Notes: generated by a model from the letters alone, not told the origin. A stretch of 31,833 nucleotides of DNA from an uncultured Thermoproteaceae archaeon (GCA_964414695.1 CAYPXK010000070.1:1-31833), one strand, 5' to 3'. Shown: positions 8,132 to 17,191, numbered from the stretch's first letter. Program-made: numbers and translations.

Positions 8132-9355
8132 ATGCCTCACGTGAGAATTAGACCTGAGCTATGTTATCGCTGTAAGACATTCAAGAGGCTGTGTGGCTTA
8201 CCTACATGTCCAGTTAAGGAGCGCCTACGTGTCATTGTCAAGACCTTCAGCACTGTCAGTCTAAGAAGAAGCGTCTATGGTGCTTCCCCACCTAGTGGAG
8301 TAGTTGGAGAACAGGGCTATCCAAAAGTCTCCACAATGGTTAACTTGCCCCCTGAAATTGAGGGAGAACAGGCGAGGAATTACGAGGATCCTCCAGGATG
8401 GTGGTCCCGTGGACTAACACTTGACGATATTGTGCGAATTAGGTCAAGTATGGTGTCGGTAACGGACAAGGTGAACATAACAGACGTAGATAAGCTTCTC
8501 GAGAAAGAGCTATCATTAGTACAAGTTGCCTCAAGACCTGTTGATCTGGAGGTTAATGTCGAGAAAATACTTGATAGATCACTTATATTCGATTTAAGGC
8601 TGTTGCCGCTAAGTGTCAGAGTTAGAGGTTCATTAAAAGTAAGTTCAAATCCTTCAATAGAGAAGCCTCTCGAGAAGGTTATATATGATACAGATCTAAA
8701 AGCTAGAGATGCAGTGATTTATCTATACAAATCAGGAATCGATGTTTATACTATTCAGAGAGCTTTCAGTTTTGGATTACTTGGAACTAGAAGATTTAGA
8801 AAACTTGTACCAACTAGATGGGCTATAACTGCTGTTGATAGAATCTTATCACAGTATCTTCGTCAAATGGTTAAGAAGCAGAAAGTTATTAATAAGTTTT
8901 ACATATACCAGTTTACCTACCTCAACAATAGGTTTACTGTAGTGCTGATGCCGGATACATTAAGAATTTCTTGGATAGAGTTCTGGTACAGCAGAGCCGG
9001 ATTTTGTGATAGACCAGTGCTCTCAGTTGTGATTGAGGAGGATCTTCGTGGTGATGTTGAGACAATGGATGGAGGCTTCGAAGCAGCTAGAATGGGAATC
9101 CTTGAGGCATTTGTCAGGAAGGGACTGCAGGCACGTGTATTGATTGTTAGAGAGATACTTCCTGAATACTACATCGGTATAGGTAACTGGCACATACGTG
9201 AAGATTTGCGACATATACTTGACATGAAGCCTGTGCTCGTGACCGAGAGTCCTGATGAGCTTGTCAAAACGCTGGACACGGCACTTCATCCCGACGTTGT
9301 GTCGGCCGTTAAGGAAAACATCAATAAGGTACTTCGTCAAGCTAAGCTAATCTAG
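8132..9355 (+). CDS. Nre-family (DUF650/DUF651-type) putative DNA repair protein
   Basis: The N-terminal Cys cluster is CYRCKTFKRLCGLPTCP. It is followed by a protein of about 400 aa of the size and architecture I associate with archaeal NreA/NreB. This recognition is from memory only. Confidence 0.5.
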   Translation: MPHVRIRPELCYRCKTFKRLCGLPTCPVKERLRVIVKTFSTVSLRRSVYGASPPSGVVGEQGYPKVSTMVNLPPEIEGEQARNYEDPPGWWSRGLTLDDIVRIRSSMVSVTDKVNITDVDKLLEKELSLVQVASRPVDLEVNVEKILDRSLIFDLRLLPLSVRVRGSLKVSSNPSIEKPLEKVIYDTDLKARDAVIYLYKSGIDVYTIQRAFSFGLLGTRRFRKLVPTRWAITAVDRILSQYLRQMVKKQKVINKFYIYQFTYLNNRFTVVLMPDTLRISWIEFWYSRAGFCDRPVLSVVIEEDLRGDVETMDGGFEAARMGILEAFVRKGLQARVLIVREILPEYYIGIGNWHIREDLRHILDMKPVLVTESPDELVKTLDTALHPDVVSAVKENINKVLRQAKLI

Positions 9356-9364
9356 CAGATCAAG

Positions 9365-10387
9365 ATGCTGCTATTGAATGTAAGGGAAGGAGTCCCCTGC
9401 ACAAGAGTTGTTGAGATAGTTGTTGATGTCCTGAAGAAAGGAGGCATAGCTGTGCTGCCCACCGAGACTGTCTATGGGATAGTTGCTTGTATGAGCAACG
9501 AGGCAGCTGTACGTAGGGTAATCGAGCTGAAGAGACGTGGCTCCGAGCCACTGACTGTACACGTGGCCTCGATTGAGCAGGCAAGAGAGCTAGTGGACAA
9601 GATGCCCAAAGTTGCTGAACTATTAGCAGAATCTCTCTGGCCTGGTCCCCTGACAATCGTATTAAAAAAATCTAACAAAGTTCCAGATTACGTAACTGCG
9701 GGACTTAACAAGGTTGGAATAAGAATTCCAAGACATTCTCTCACACTTGAGGTACTGAGAAGAGTCGGCCCATCAGTTATGCCAAGTGCAAACATTCATG
9801 ATAACCCAAGTCCAACAACAGTGTATGACGTTATTGAGGATCTTGGATCTAACATAGATATAATAGTTGATGCTGGAGAATGTGAACTTGGTATAGATTC
9901 AACAGTGATAGACCTCTCAGAAGATGTTCCAAAACTTCTTAGACCTGGTGCAATTCCAATAGAAACACTTCGAGAACTTGGCATAAGAATAGACATTCCA
10001 GAAAGTGTAGAAAAGCTACTAAAAACAAGACGAAAATATCTAAGAGACGTTGAGTTAATAGTAGTTACAGGTCGAGATCTATATGAAATTAGTAAGAAGA
10101 TCCAGGAAGAAACTCTAAAATCTCTTGAGCAGGGTAAGAAAGTCATGATTTCAACAACTATAGAACTATCATTAATGCTTAAGGATCTAGTAATGACTAA
10201 GAACGTGACGTACTTCTGTCTCGGTTCACATAATAATCCCTTATCAACGGCAAGGCTTGTATACAAGATGTTTAGAACAGCAATGAGGATGAGGCCTGAT
10301 GTTATATTTGTTGAAGCACTTCCTTTAAGAGGAATTTACGTGTCTGTGATGGATAGGATAATATCAGCATCTACTAAAGTACTGTAG
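9365..10387 (+). CDS. sua5: L-threonylcarbamoyladenylate synthase (Sua5/YwlC type, with C-terminal Sua5 domain)
   Basis: Motifs are LPTETVYGIVAC, LKRRGSEPLTVHV, LWPGPLTIVLKK, VGIRIPRH, MPSANIHDNPSPTT and LGIDSTVIDL. These are followed by a C-terminal domain of about 130 aa. Confidence 0.9.
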   Translation: MLLLNVREGVPCTRVVEIVVDVLKKGGIAVLPTETVYGIVACMSNEAAVRRVIELKRRGSEPLTVHVASIEQARELVDKMPKVAELLAESLWPGPLTIVLKKSNKVPDYVTAGLNKVGIRIPRHSLTLEVLRRVGPSVMPSANIHDNPSPTTVYDVIEDLGSNIDIIVDAGECELGIDSTVIDLSEDVPKLLRPGAIPIETLRELGIRIDIPESVEKLLKTRRKYLRDVELIVVTGRDLYEISKKIQEETLKSLEQGKKVMISTTIELSLMLKDLVMTKNVTYFCLGSHNNPLSTARLVYKMFRTAMRMRPDVIFVEALPLRGIYVSVMDRIISASTKVL

Positions 10388-10396
10388 TAGGAGAAA

Positions 10397-11101
10397 TCAT
10401 TCTTTGGCAATTCTTTGAAGCTGTGCAAGTAGGTCATTAATTATAACTTCAAGTATTTGTCTGCCTTTTTCAATACTCACATCGCGAGTTAGTTTACCCA
10501 CTATGCCTAGGTCAGATATCTCTTTTGTTCTATGAATTTTCAAGGAGCCTTCACGTACGATATCTACTATCCTTTCCTTTCTAACAAGATTCTCATCTAT
10601 TGCTAACATTATGCAGGTCTCTATTAAGCCTGCGTGATCTATGTAAGATTCTCCTATTATTTCTCTAAGTTTTCTTCGTACCCTGTCATTAAATATGTAG
10701 TAGTGATATGTTTTTACATCATGTTTATAGTTTAACATTCTTGCAACAAGATCGAGTATCTCACAGTTTCCGCCATGTGCATTCACGAGAACCACTGCAC
10801 GTGGAGAGAACGTCTCAATTATTGACTCTACAATATCCTCCATATACCTCATGAACGTCCTTGGCATCACATATACTGTACCAGGAAAGTCTCGATGCTC
10901 TACGGAGCAAGTGTAGTATATCGGTGGCATTACTATAACCATATCACCAAGTACACGTTCCGCAACATCGCATACGTACTCTGCAATTATTGCATCTGTC
11001 AGATATGGGAGGTGTGGTCCATGTTGTTCATGACTGCCGATTGGTATAAGAACAATCCTGTTAGGTACAAAGTCAAGAGTAGTCAAATAGCCTATCTTCA
11101 C
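10397..11101 (-). CDS. creatininase-family amidohydrolase (possibly ArfB-type formamide hydrolase)
   Basis: Motifs are IPIGSHEQHGPHLPYLTD, LVNAHGGN and DHAGLIET. GTG start. Confidence 0.8.
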   Translation of the reverse strand: MKIGYLTTLDFVPNRIVLIPIGSHEQHGPHLPYLTDAIIAEYVCDVAERVLGDMVIVMPPIYYTCSVEHRDFPGTVYVMPRTFMRYMEDIVESIIETFSPRAVVLVNAHGGNCEILDLVARMLNYKHDVKTYHYYIFNDRVRRKLREIIGESYIDHAGLIETCIMLAIDENLVRKERIVDIVREGSLKIHRTKEISDLGIVGKLTRDVSIEKGRQILEVIINDLLAQLQRIAKE

Positions 11102-11108
11102 CGCTGAG

Positions 11109-11199
11109 ACAACGTTAAGCTAGCTTAAGAAGAGTAACGTCGATACCTGACACGTCGTTTTAAGTATGTTGTTAGCCTATTCGTACAACGTTGCTAGCT
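11109..11199. promoter_or_regulatory. two copies of a composite palindromic motif in a divergent promoter region
   Basis: ACAACGTT-AA-GCTAGCT lies at 11109-11125 and is embedded in the perfect 14-bp palindrome TTAAGCTAGCTTAA (11115-11128). ACAACGTT-GCTAGCT lies at 11185-11199. AACGTT and GCTAGC are each palindromic. Confidence 0.3.
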
Positions 11200-11237
11200 G
11201 AGTGCCCTACTTTATACACTTCGACGGTGTTAAGCAC

Positions 11238-11636
11238 ATGATAAGGATAGCGATAGCAACAGACGATGGATCAATGGTGTCGGAGAGAATGTTCACAGTA
11301 GCAAAGAAGTTCAAGATATATGACATGGATGAGGAAGCTGGAACTTTGACATTTGTCGAGGATAGAGAGAACTCACTAATAGCTAGAGAAGATGTACGTA
11401 ACATGAGCGAAGAAGAGTACTGCAAGCTACTCCATGAGAAAGTCCTGAACGATGTGAATATAATAATAGGCACAATGAGCACAAGGTTTAGCTATTACTA
11501 CTTCCTATCAAACAATGTCCAGATATTATTCGTAGAGCGTGGAACACCTGTAGAACTTGTAGAGGAGTACCTTAGGAGAGTTGCTGAGGAACTAAGTAGA
11601 GAATTAGCAGAAGAGCACGAGCTGGAGGGAGCGTAA
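11238..11636 (+). CDS. NifX/NifB-C-terminal-like (dinitrogenase FeMo-cofactor-binding fold) domain protein with an acidic tail
   Basis: MIRIAIATDDGSMVSERMFTVAKKFKIYDMD resembles the MKIAIxxxxGxxVxxHFGxAxxFxIYD start of that family, although the HFG is not conserved. I prefer the ATG at 11238 over the GTG at 11202 used by the track. Confidence 0.4.
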   Translation: MIRIAIATDDGSMVSERMFTVAKKFKIYDMDEEAGTLTFVEDRENSLIAREDVRNMSEEEYCKLLHEKVLNDVNIIIGTMSTRFSYYYFLSNNVQILFVERGTPVELVEEYLRRVAEELSRELAEEHELEGA

Positions 11637-11672
11637 TAAAACAATTGCAAAATATTATTTCATATAAAACTC

Positions 11673-12671
11673 TTACTCGTAACCGTACTCTTTCCTCAGT
11701 TCTCTCGCGGCTCTTACAATGTTTTTCAATTTCTCTAATGCAATTTCTCTAGGTAGACGCTTAAGACCACAATCGGGGTCTAGGTAAATCTTCTCTGGAC
11801 CTATGATATCAAGTTTCAATAACTCATATACTGCCTTCTTTATTTCTTCAACTGTTTCAACGCGCAGCGTATGTACATCAACTACACCAAAACCAAGCTC
11901 CTTATTGTAACTGTACTCCTTCAAGTATTTCAATAGTCTGAAGTTGCTGTTCTTAAATTCAAGATCGAACTGATCTACAGGGAAGTCCAGTATGTATGGT
12001 AACATTTTCTCTATTCTACCAAAACATATATGAATAATCTTCTTGCATTCTAAGCCGTTTAACATTACTTTCAGAGCCTCTTTTAGTATATCTGCCTCCT
12101 CTTTTATTGGCCTTGTAGATAGTGCAGGTTCGTCCACTTGTACAAATTTTGCTCCTCTTCTTACAGCTTCTTCAATTTCTTTCCTTAGGACTTTCGCAAC
12201 GTCTATTATTAACTCCTCCCTGTTCTTATAGTATAGATTAAAACTCCAGTCAACTATTGTGTATGGTCCTGTTATTATGAATTTTACAGGTCTTCCCTGA
12301 CTTATACTTTGTGCAAATTCCCAATCTTCTAAAATCATCTGTTCGCGATATCCGACTTTTGATACAACTATTGGCTTTCTGAAATATACGTTGTCGAATA
12401 TTCTAACCCAATCGCCAAGTTTGTAACCTTCCATTCGTTCTGTGAAGTGTACAACCATGTCTTCACGTGTCTGCTCTCCATCACTTATCAGGTCAACACC
12501 TGCAGTGAGGTAATCCTCAACAACTTTCCTAATAGCTACCTTACACATTTCACGGAATGTCTTCTCATCAATAAGACCATGTCTCCTCTTCTCAAGTGCC
12601 TCCTGAGCTTCAGGAAATCTTGGATAGCTTCCAACTACTGTAGTTATGAAGGCTTTAGGTAAGGTATACAT
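11673..12671 (-). CDS. metE: cobalamin-independent methionine synthase, catalytic (MetE C-terminal-domain-like) half
   Basis: Motifs are [20 protein letters not shown] and VQVDEPAL. The zinc-ligand motifs are IHICFG (HxC) and DPDCGLK. Confidence 0.85.
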   Translation of the reverse strand: MYTLPKAFITTVVGSYPRFPEAQEALEKRRHGLIDEKTFREMCKVAIRKVVEDYLTAGVDLISDGEQTREDMVVHFTERMEGYKLGDWVRIFDNVYFRKPIVVSKVGYREQMILEDWEFAQSISQGRPVKFIITGPYTIVDWSFNLYYKNREELIIDVAKVLRKEIEEAVRRGAKFVQVDEPALSTRPIKEEADILKEALKVMLNGLECKKIIHICFGRIEKMLPYILDFPVDQFDLEFKNSNFRLLKYLKEYSYNKELGFGVVDVHTLRVETVEEIKKAVYELLKLDIIGPEKIYLDPDCGLKRLPREIALEKLKNIVRAARELRKEYGYE

Positions 12672-12687
12672 GTTGACCCCTACAGTA

Positions 12688-13671
12688 CTACTTTAACACC
12701 TCCTCGATAATTTTATTTCCATACATTCCCAATAGAATAGTCTTCTCAATAGCCGCCTTAGGTGGAATAAGCTCAAAACCACAAGTCGTTGTTAATCCGT
12801 AGATAAGATCTTTCCCAACGATACTACATATCTTCTCGACTAATGCTTTCACATGAGCATAATCTTCCTGCATTATCTCTCTACCATTAACTATACCAAG
12901 TGCTAGTGGTGCTGAGGGCTTTTTCCTACTAAGAACCTCTATGACCCTATTCGGATATGATAAAACATCTATACATATACACTCGACAGGTAGCTCAACA
13001 ACTTTCTCTAATATGTCCTGTCTAGGAGCGTTGAAGTATATTGCTAACACTATCTTTGTATTCAACTTCTTAAACTCCTTCAAATACTCCTCAACAAGCT
13101 CGACATGCTCTAGTGAGGCATCTACATCGAATAGGAATGGTTCATCAATTTGTACAAAATCAACGGTCGTGAACTCCATTGCTCGTGATATGTCCATTAT
13201 TAACAGTTTACAGATGTCAAATACGAGTTCTCGTTTATCAATTTCGGACTTTGATAAGTATGCAAATGTTACTGGTCCTGGAATACTTATCTTTATTGGA
13301 TAGTCGGGTCCAACGAGCTCTCTAATTAATTTTACACGTCTTGAAATATAGTACTTCTGTATATCAGGCTTTTCAACAAAGACAGGTATTCTATAGAAAA
13401 AGTTATTGTCGAAATATCGTAGAAGTCCATTGTAGTATACTCCTCTCCACGACTCTACGTAGGGTCTAAATATGTCGTGTTCTTCCGGTGCTGGATCCTG
13501 TACAGCTGTTAGTTTTGCACCAATCTGTACGCCGCAGTAGAGTGCTGTTTCTTCTTGCACAACTTTAAGGTACTCAGAGTCTGTGACTCTTCCTTCGTCG
13601 TAGTCTCTGAGCGTTTTTCTCAGCTTTGTACTTCTGGGATATCTGCCGAGTACAAACAGGTTTTTACCCAT
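12688..13671 (-). CDS. MetE N-terminal-domain-like protein (non-catalytic half of a split methionine synthase)
   Basis: It has the same fold signature: [14 protein letters not shown] and [10 protein letters not shown]. It lacks the HxC zinc motif. It lies 16 nt upstream of the catalytic half, in the same order as the two halves of fused MetE. Confidence 0.7.
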   Translation of the reverse strand: MGKNLFVLGRYPRSTKLRKTLRDYDEGRVTDSEYLKVVQEETALYCGVQIGAKLTAVQDPAPEEHDIFRPYVESWRGVYYNGLLRYFDNNFFYRIPVFVEKPDIQKYYISRRVKLIRELVGPDYPIKISIPGPVTFAYLSKSEIDKRELVFDICKLLIMDISRAMEFTTVDFVQIDEPFLFDVDASLEHVELVEEYLKEFKKLNTKIVLAIYFNAPRQDILEKVVELPVECICIDVLSYPNRVIEVLSRKKPSAPLALGIVNGREIMQEDYAHVKALVEKICSIVGKDLIYGLTTTCGFELIPPKAAIEKTILLGMYGNKIIEEVLK

Positions 13672-13711
13672 CGAGTGAACTTGTCATGGCAGGTTTAGAG
13701 TATTGTCGGCA

Positions 13712-15196
13712 CTATACTTTCCATGTAAGTACTGCATACTTTCTTCTTTCAGGTTCTGCAGGTCTTGTACAGAGTGTATAGTATTCTCTTCTACAGTATA
13801 TGCATCCTGGATCATCTGCAAGTGGATCACCAAAGTATGCGAATGCACGTGCTCTGCATCCTCCGCATATGTCACGGTATTTACATCTTCTACATATTCC
13901 AATTAGATTTGTTCTGTCACGTAGCTTGTTCATTAATTCATCTTCTTTCCAAATTTTGTAAAAACTTGTTTCACGAATGTTTCCGCGTGGAATTGGCATG
14001 AATACGCAAGGTGTGACTGTTCCATCTGGCTCTATTGCGCAGTAGACTCTGCCTGCTCCACATCCACCTATGAACTCTATTGCTGCCTTGTATATACCGA
14101 GCTTCAGTGCAGGTGTGAAGTGTGTAGGTGCAGCTAACTCACCCTGCGTTTCCTGAAGTACAACACGGCCATACTGTGGCGCTGTTGTGACAATCTCGAG
14201 TTTCCTCTTCCTGGATTCTCTACATATGAGTTTCATGAATTCTTCACGTTCCTCAGGTGTAAGGTCCAGCTTGTAGTTGTCTCGTCCTCTGCCGACAGGT
14301 ATGAAGTTGAAGAATACTATTCTCCTAACGCCAAGATCCTCGGCTAAGTCAAGCATGTTCTCCACATCGTCTATATTCAACTTTGTGACCGTGGTGGCGA
14401 TAGCTGTGAAGAAGCCCTCTTTGACGCAGTTCCTAATCCCCTTGACGGTCTTCTCCCAAGCGCCTACTACGCCACGGAACTTGTCATGAATCTCAGGTTT
14501 CGAGTGGTCGAGACTTATCTCCACGTATCTGATGCCTACTTTCTTCATTTTTCTAACAAAATGTGGGTCTGCAAGAGCGATGCCGTTGGTTGCGACGGCT
14601 GGGTACATTCCTCTCTTTGCGACTTCCCCCATTATTGTGAAGAAGTCAGGATGTATAGTGGGCTCGCCGCCGCTCAACGCGACTCCACACACAAACATCC
14701 TGTCAAGCTCCTCTACGAGCTTAAGCTTTTCAGGAAGCTTAAGCTCACGCTCAAGTAATCTGCCGTCTGCACGTTGATAACAGTGAGCACATCTGAGGTT
14801 GCACATGTTTGTGAAGTTCCAGACAACGAAGAACGGTGCCTCAAAGAGCATGGGTTTTCCAAGTCCATTAGCGGCAATTGACTTGAACACAAGCAGAACA
14901 CCGCGTCTTGTAGGCGGGTCTGCGAGAAGCTCACGTGCAAACTTGTCATCTGTCCTGAGGAGTGCAAGTGACAGTTCAAGCCATGCTGAGAAGAGCTCAC
15001 TTACGAACCTTGCTGAGGGAGGCAGATTATGTGCAACACCTGCAAAATATGCAAGGGCAATATCAAGTAGGGGACGTCTCTCACCCTCAATTTCGACCTC
15101 CTTCAGGAGGGCCTTAATTATGTATCTTGATACTGGGTTACTTAGACAAAGTCTAAAGAGGGCAAGAATACCTGTAAGTCCATGTTCACGAGTCAT
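13712..15196 (-). CDS. radical SAM/SPASM-domain enzyme (NirJ/AhbD/PqqE-like) with an N-terminal helical extension of about 115 aa
   Basis: The radical-SAM cluster motif is FTNMCNLRCAHCYQ, with SGGEPTIHP following. The SPASM region is GGCGAGRVYCAIEPDGTVTPCVFMP...CRRCKYRDICGGCRARAF...DPGCIYC. Confidence 0.85.
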   Translation of the reverse strand: MTREHGLTGILALFRLCLSNPVSRYIIKALLKEVEIEGERRPLLDIALAYFAGVAHNLPPSARFVSELFSAWLELSLALLRTDDKFARELLADPPTRRGVLLVFKSIAANGLGKPMLFEAPFFVVWNFTNMCNLRCAHCYQRADGRLLERELKLPEKLKLVEELDRMFVCGVALSGGEPTIHPDFFTIMGEVAKRGMYPAVATNGIALADPHFVRKMKKVGIRYVEISLDHSKPEIHDKFRGVVGAWEKTVKGIRNCVKEGFFTAIATTVTKLNIDDVENMLDLAEDLGVRRIVFFNFIPVGRGRDNYKLDLTPEEREEFMKLICRESRKRKLEIVTTAPQYGRVVLQETQGELAAPTHFTPALKLGIYKAAIEFIGGCGAGRVYCAIEPDGTVTPCVFMPIPRGNIRETSFYKIWKEDELMNKLRDRTNLIGICRRCKYRDICGGCRARAFAYFGDPLADDPGCIYCRREYYTLCTRPAEPERRKYAVLTWKV

Positions 15197-15297
15197 CTAT
15201 ACCGTGATCTTCAGTTTCTCAAGGCGTTGTAAGTCTATCAGTCTGCAAACATCATCACGGGATAATGAAGATAACCTTCCAACATCATGACCATGTG

Positions 15298-16032
15298 TCA
15301 TATCTTTCCAAGATTCTCCAGAACATCTCTAATGGGCTTCAGTGCATTTCTAAGCTTCTCCAATGTCATGGACTCGAGAGGCCCAAGAATGTCCCTGAGT
15401 ATGCCACTGAACATCTGCAAGCGAGTGAACACGAAGCTCAGTGACTTGTATAGGCTCGGCAGAACGTAGTACTGCCCCTGTCGAAACAGTATTAGATAGG
15501 CTACAAGTCTCACAAGTTCATCTGCAAGGTCTGAGTATCCTGCCTCATAGAGTTTCTTCAATATGTACACAACATTTATCTTAAGTAAATTCTCACGCTC
15601 TAAATGAGCTTCAACATATATGTAGAGTTTATGAACATTTGTAACTTGTATACAATCAACGTGGTTCCTATCAACATCATCAACAGAAATATTATAATTT
15701 CTATTAACATAGAGCGGCCCCTTCTTTAGAAGAAGCACGATGCTAAGCTTCGTAACACCATCATCATATATTACGAATCTTCTCTCCTGTCTAATCTCCT
15801 TCCTTAAGTTTCTCCAAATTTTTCTTATTGTGAGCTCTCTACGCTCTTCAGGAATATCATGCATGGTACTGCTGCTCATTGATGGCACATCGAGACATCG
15901 TAATCCAAGAAGGGCACAGTACCTTGCCTGACGCCAAAGACTGCAGAGTATGTAAAGTGGTAGTCTTGTGAGGTCTTCGCATATTTTCTTACTAACCTCT
16001 TCACACAGGTCTACAAGGTCTCTCATTTCCAC
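15298..16032 (-). CDS. hypothetical protein (244 aa), no family recognised
   Basis: This is a long ORF with a TATA-like tatataag about 45 nt upstream on the minus strand. Composition suggests a helix / beta / helix arrangement. No motif was recognised. Confidence 0.6.
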   Translation of the reverse strand: MEMRDLVDLCEEVSKKICEDLTRLPLYILCSLWRQARYCALLGLRCLDVPSMSSSTMHDIPEERRELTIRKIWRNLRKEIRQERRFVIYDDGVTKLSIVLLLKKGPLYVNRNYNISVDDVDRNHVDCIQVTNVHKLYIYVEAHLERENLLKINVVYILKKLYEAGYSDLADELVRLVAYLILFRQGQYYVLPSLYKSLSFVFTRLQMFSGILRDILGPLESMTLEKLRNALKPIRDVLENLGKI

Positions 16033-16110
16033 TTTCGTAGTTCTCTAATACTCAGTGCTCAAGGTCTTATATACATACGTTTCTGTGAAAAATTATCATA
16101 CGTCAACATT

Positions 16111-16668
16111 TTACTGAAGATCCTGCAGAGAGCGGGCCATTATATATGCATCCTCTCCATCTTGATAGTATCTATGTATCACATCGACAATCTCAAACCC
16201 AAGTTTTCTATATAGACTAATTGCTGGAATGTTTGATACCCTGACTTCTAGATAAACTTCTGAAGCACCGTAGTGTCTCTTCAGTGCACGTAATGCGCGT
16301 AGTAGCATGTTGTATGCAATTCCTATACGTCTAGCATGTGGAAGCACGCCTATTGAAATGACATGACCTTTTCTTGCTGGCTCTCCCTTCTTTATAAACG
16401 ACCATCCGTACTCTACCCTACACATGACATAGCCAACGACCTCCCCATCCAGTTCTGCAACTATGAATGCCTTTGGATATGTCAGGTAGTGATCTACGAA
16501 GAAGTATGGAGGATAGTTTTCAGGAAGTACTGTCCTGTTTATTTTCACTACCTTGTCAAGGTCACTCATCTTGAATTCTCTAAGTTTGAATATTCTCCCA
16601 TCCTTTCCACGTATCAGCTCCTCTCCCTCAGTCTCAGTTGTCTCTGGCTTCGCAATCTCAAGGTTCAT
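16111..16668 (-). CDS. ard1: N-alpha-acetyltransferase, Ard1/Naa10-type GNAT
   Basis: INRTVLPENYPPYFFVDH, KGHVISIGVLPHARRIGIAYNML, VYLEVRVSNIPAISLYRKLGF and YYQDGEDAYIMARSL match my recollection of Sulfolobus SsArd1 almost block for block. Confidence 0.85.
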   Translation of the reverse strand: MNLEIAKPETTETEGEELIRGKDGRIFKLREFKMSDLDKVVKINRTVLPENYPPYFFVDHYLTYPKAFIVAELDGEVVGYVMCRVEYGWSFIKKGEPARKGHVISIGVLPHARRIGIAYNMLLRALRALKRHYGASEVYLEVRVSNIPAISLYRKLGFEIVDVIHRYYQDGEDAYIMARSLQDLQ

Positions 16669-16705
16669 ACGTTACTGAGATACTTCAAGGCTAAGATAAA
16701 TCCTG

Positions 16706-17191
16706 CTATTTGTCTACAATTTTCGAGATCACGTAGAGTACAGCCATGTAGAGTAGACCAAGTATGCACAGTACGATGCCACCGACGCCTGACTTTACTG
16801 CAAGTGCTATGAGTCCAATATGAGGAATAACGAATATAACTACGCCACGGACATTCTGTAAGGTTATTCTCCAAGCATCAGGTATGGGGTTTGCATCCCC
16901 CTTAGTCCTCATGTACTGTCCCTCTACCTTAATCACCCTATGCACGATCTCATACCAGGGCATGCCCGGCATCGAGTATACGATGACCTTTCCTAGTAGG
17001 CATGAGACACAGTGAGGTGGCTGTGCAAGAACCACTATGTCACCTATCTCCAGCGTTGGCACCATGCTGTAGCTTCCAACGACGGCCCAGGGAGGCGTCA
17101 GTATGTGAGCTGCAGAGAGTATTAACACTGCTATGAGCACTATCAGGATCGCGGTGGTGAATACTGTCGCCGGATCAATTTTGCTTGACAT
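16706..17191 (-). CDS. archaeal signal peptidase I (Sec11/S26B type)
   Basis: An N-terminal TM helix is followed by GSYSMVPTLEIGDIVV (catalytic Ser box), VHRVI (His box) and TKGDANPIPD (GDxN box). A C-terminal TM helix follows. Confidence 0.8.
   Translation of the reverse strand: MSSKIDPATVFTTAILIVLIAVLILSAAHILTPPWAVVGSYSMVPTLEIGDIVVLAQPPHCVSCLLGKVIVYSMPGMPWYEIVHRVIKVEGQYMRTKGDANPIPDAWRITLQNVRGVVIFVIPHIGLIALAVKSGVGGIVLCILGLLYMAVLYVISKIVDK

Noticed and set aside
9335-9352. C-terminal RQAKLI of the Nre-like protein as a PCNA-binding PIP box
   Set aside because: It has the Q-x-x-L core, but the protein ends before any aromatic pair, so it does not satisfy the PIP consensus.
9360-10266. Minus-strand ORFs (9360..9656, 9371..9562, 9472..9678, 9796..10266) inside sua5
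   Set aside because: They are antisense shadows of a CDS that carries the full set of Sua5/YrdC motifs.
15211-15258. Possible C/D-box sRNA on the minus strand: GTGATGA (15258-15252), 10-nt spacer, CTGA (15241-15238), 23 nt, CTGA (15214-15211)
   Set aside because: No recognisable C' box is present. The C-to-D' spacer is 10 nt rather than about 12 nt, and there is no terminal stem. A chance occurrence of short motifs in a promoter region is more likely.
13684-15290. Plus-strand ORFs (13703.., 13765.., 14277.., 14486.., 14532.., 14799..15290) and minus-strand alternative frames overlapping the radical-SAM/SPASM gene
   Set aside because: They overlap a 494-aa frame with complete radical-SAM and SPASM motifs, and no independent coding signal is apparent.
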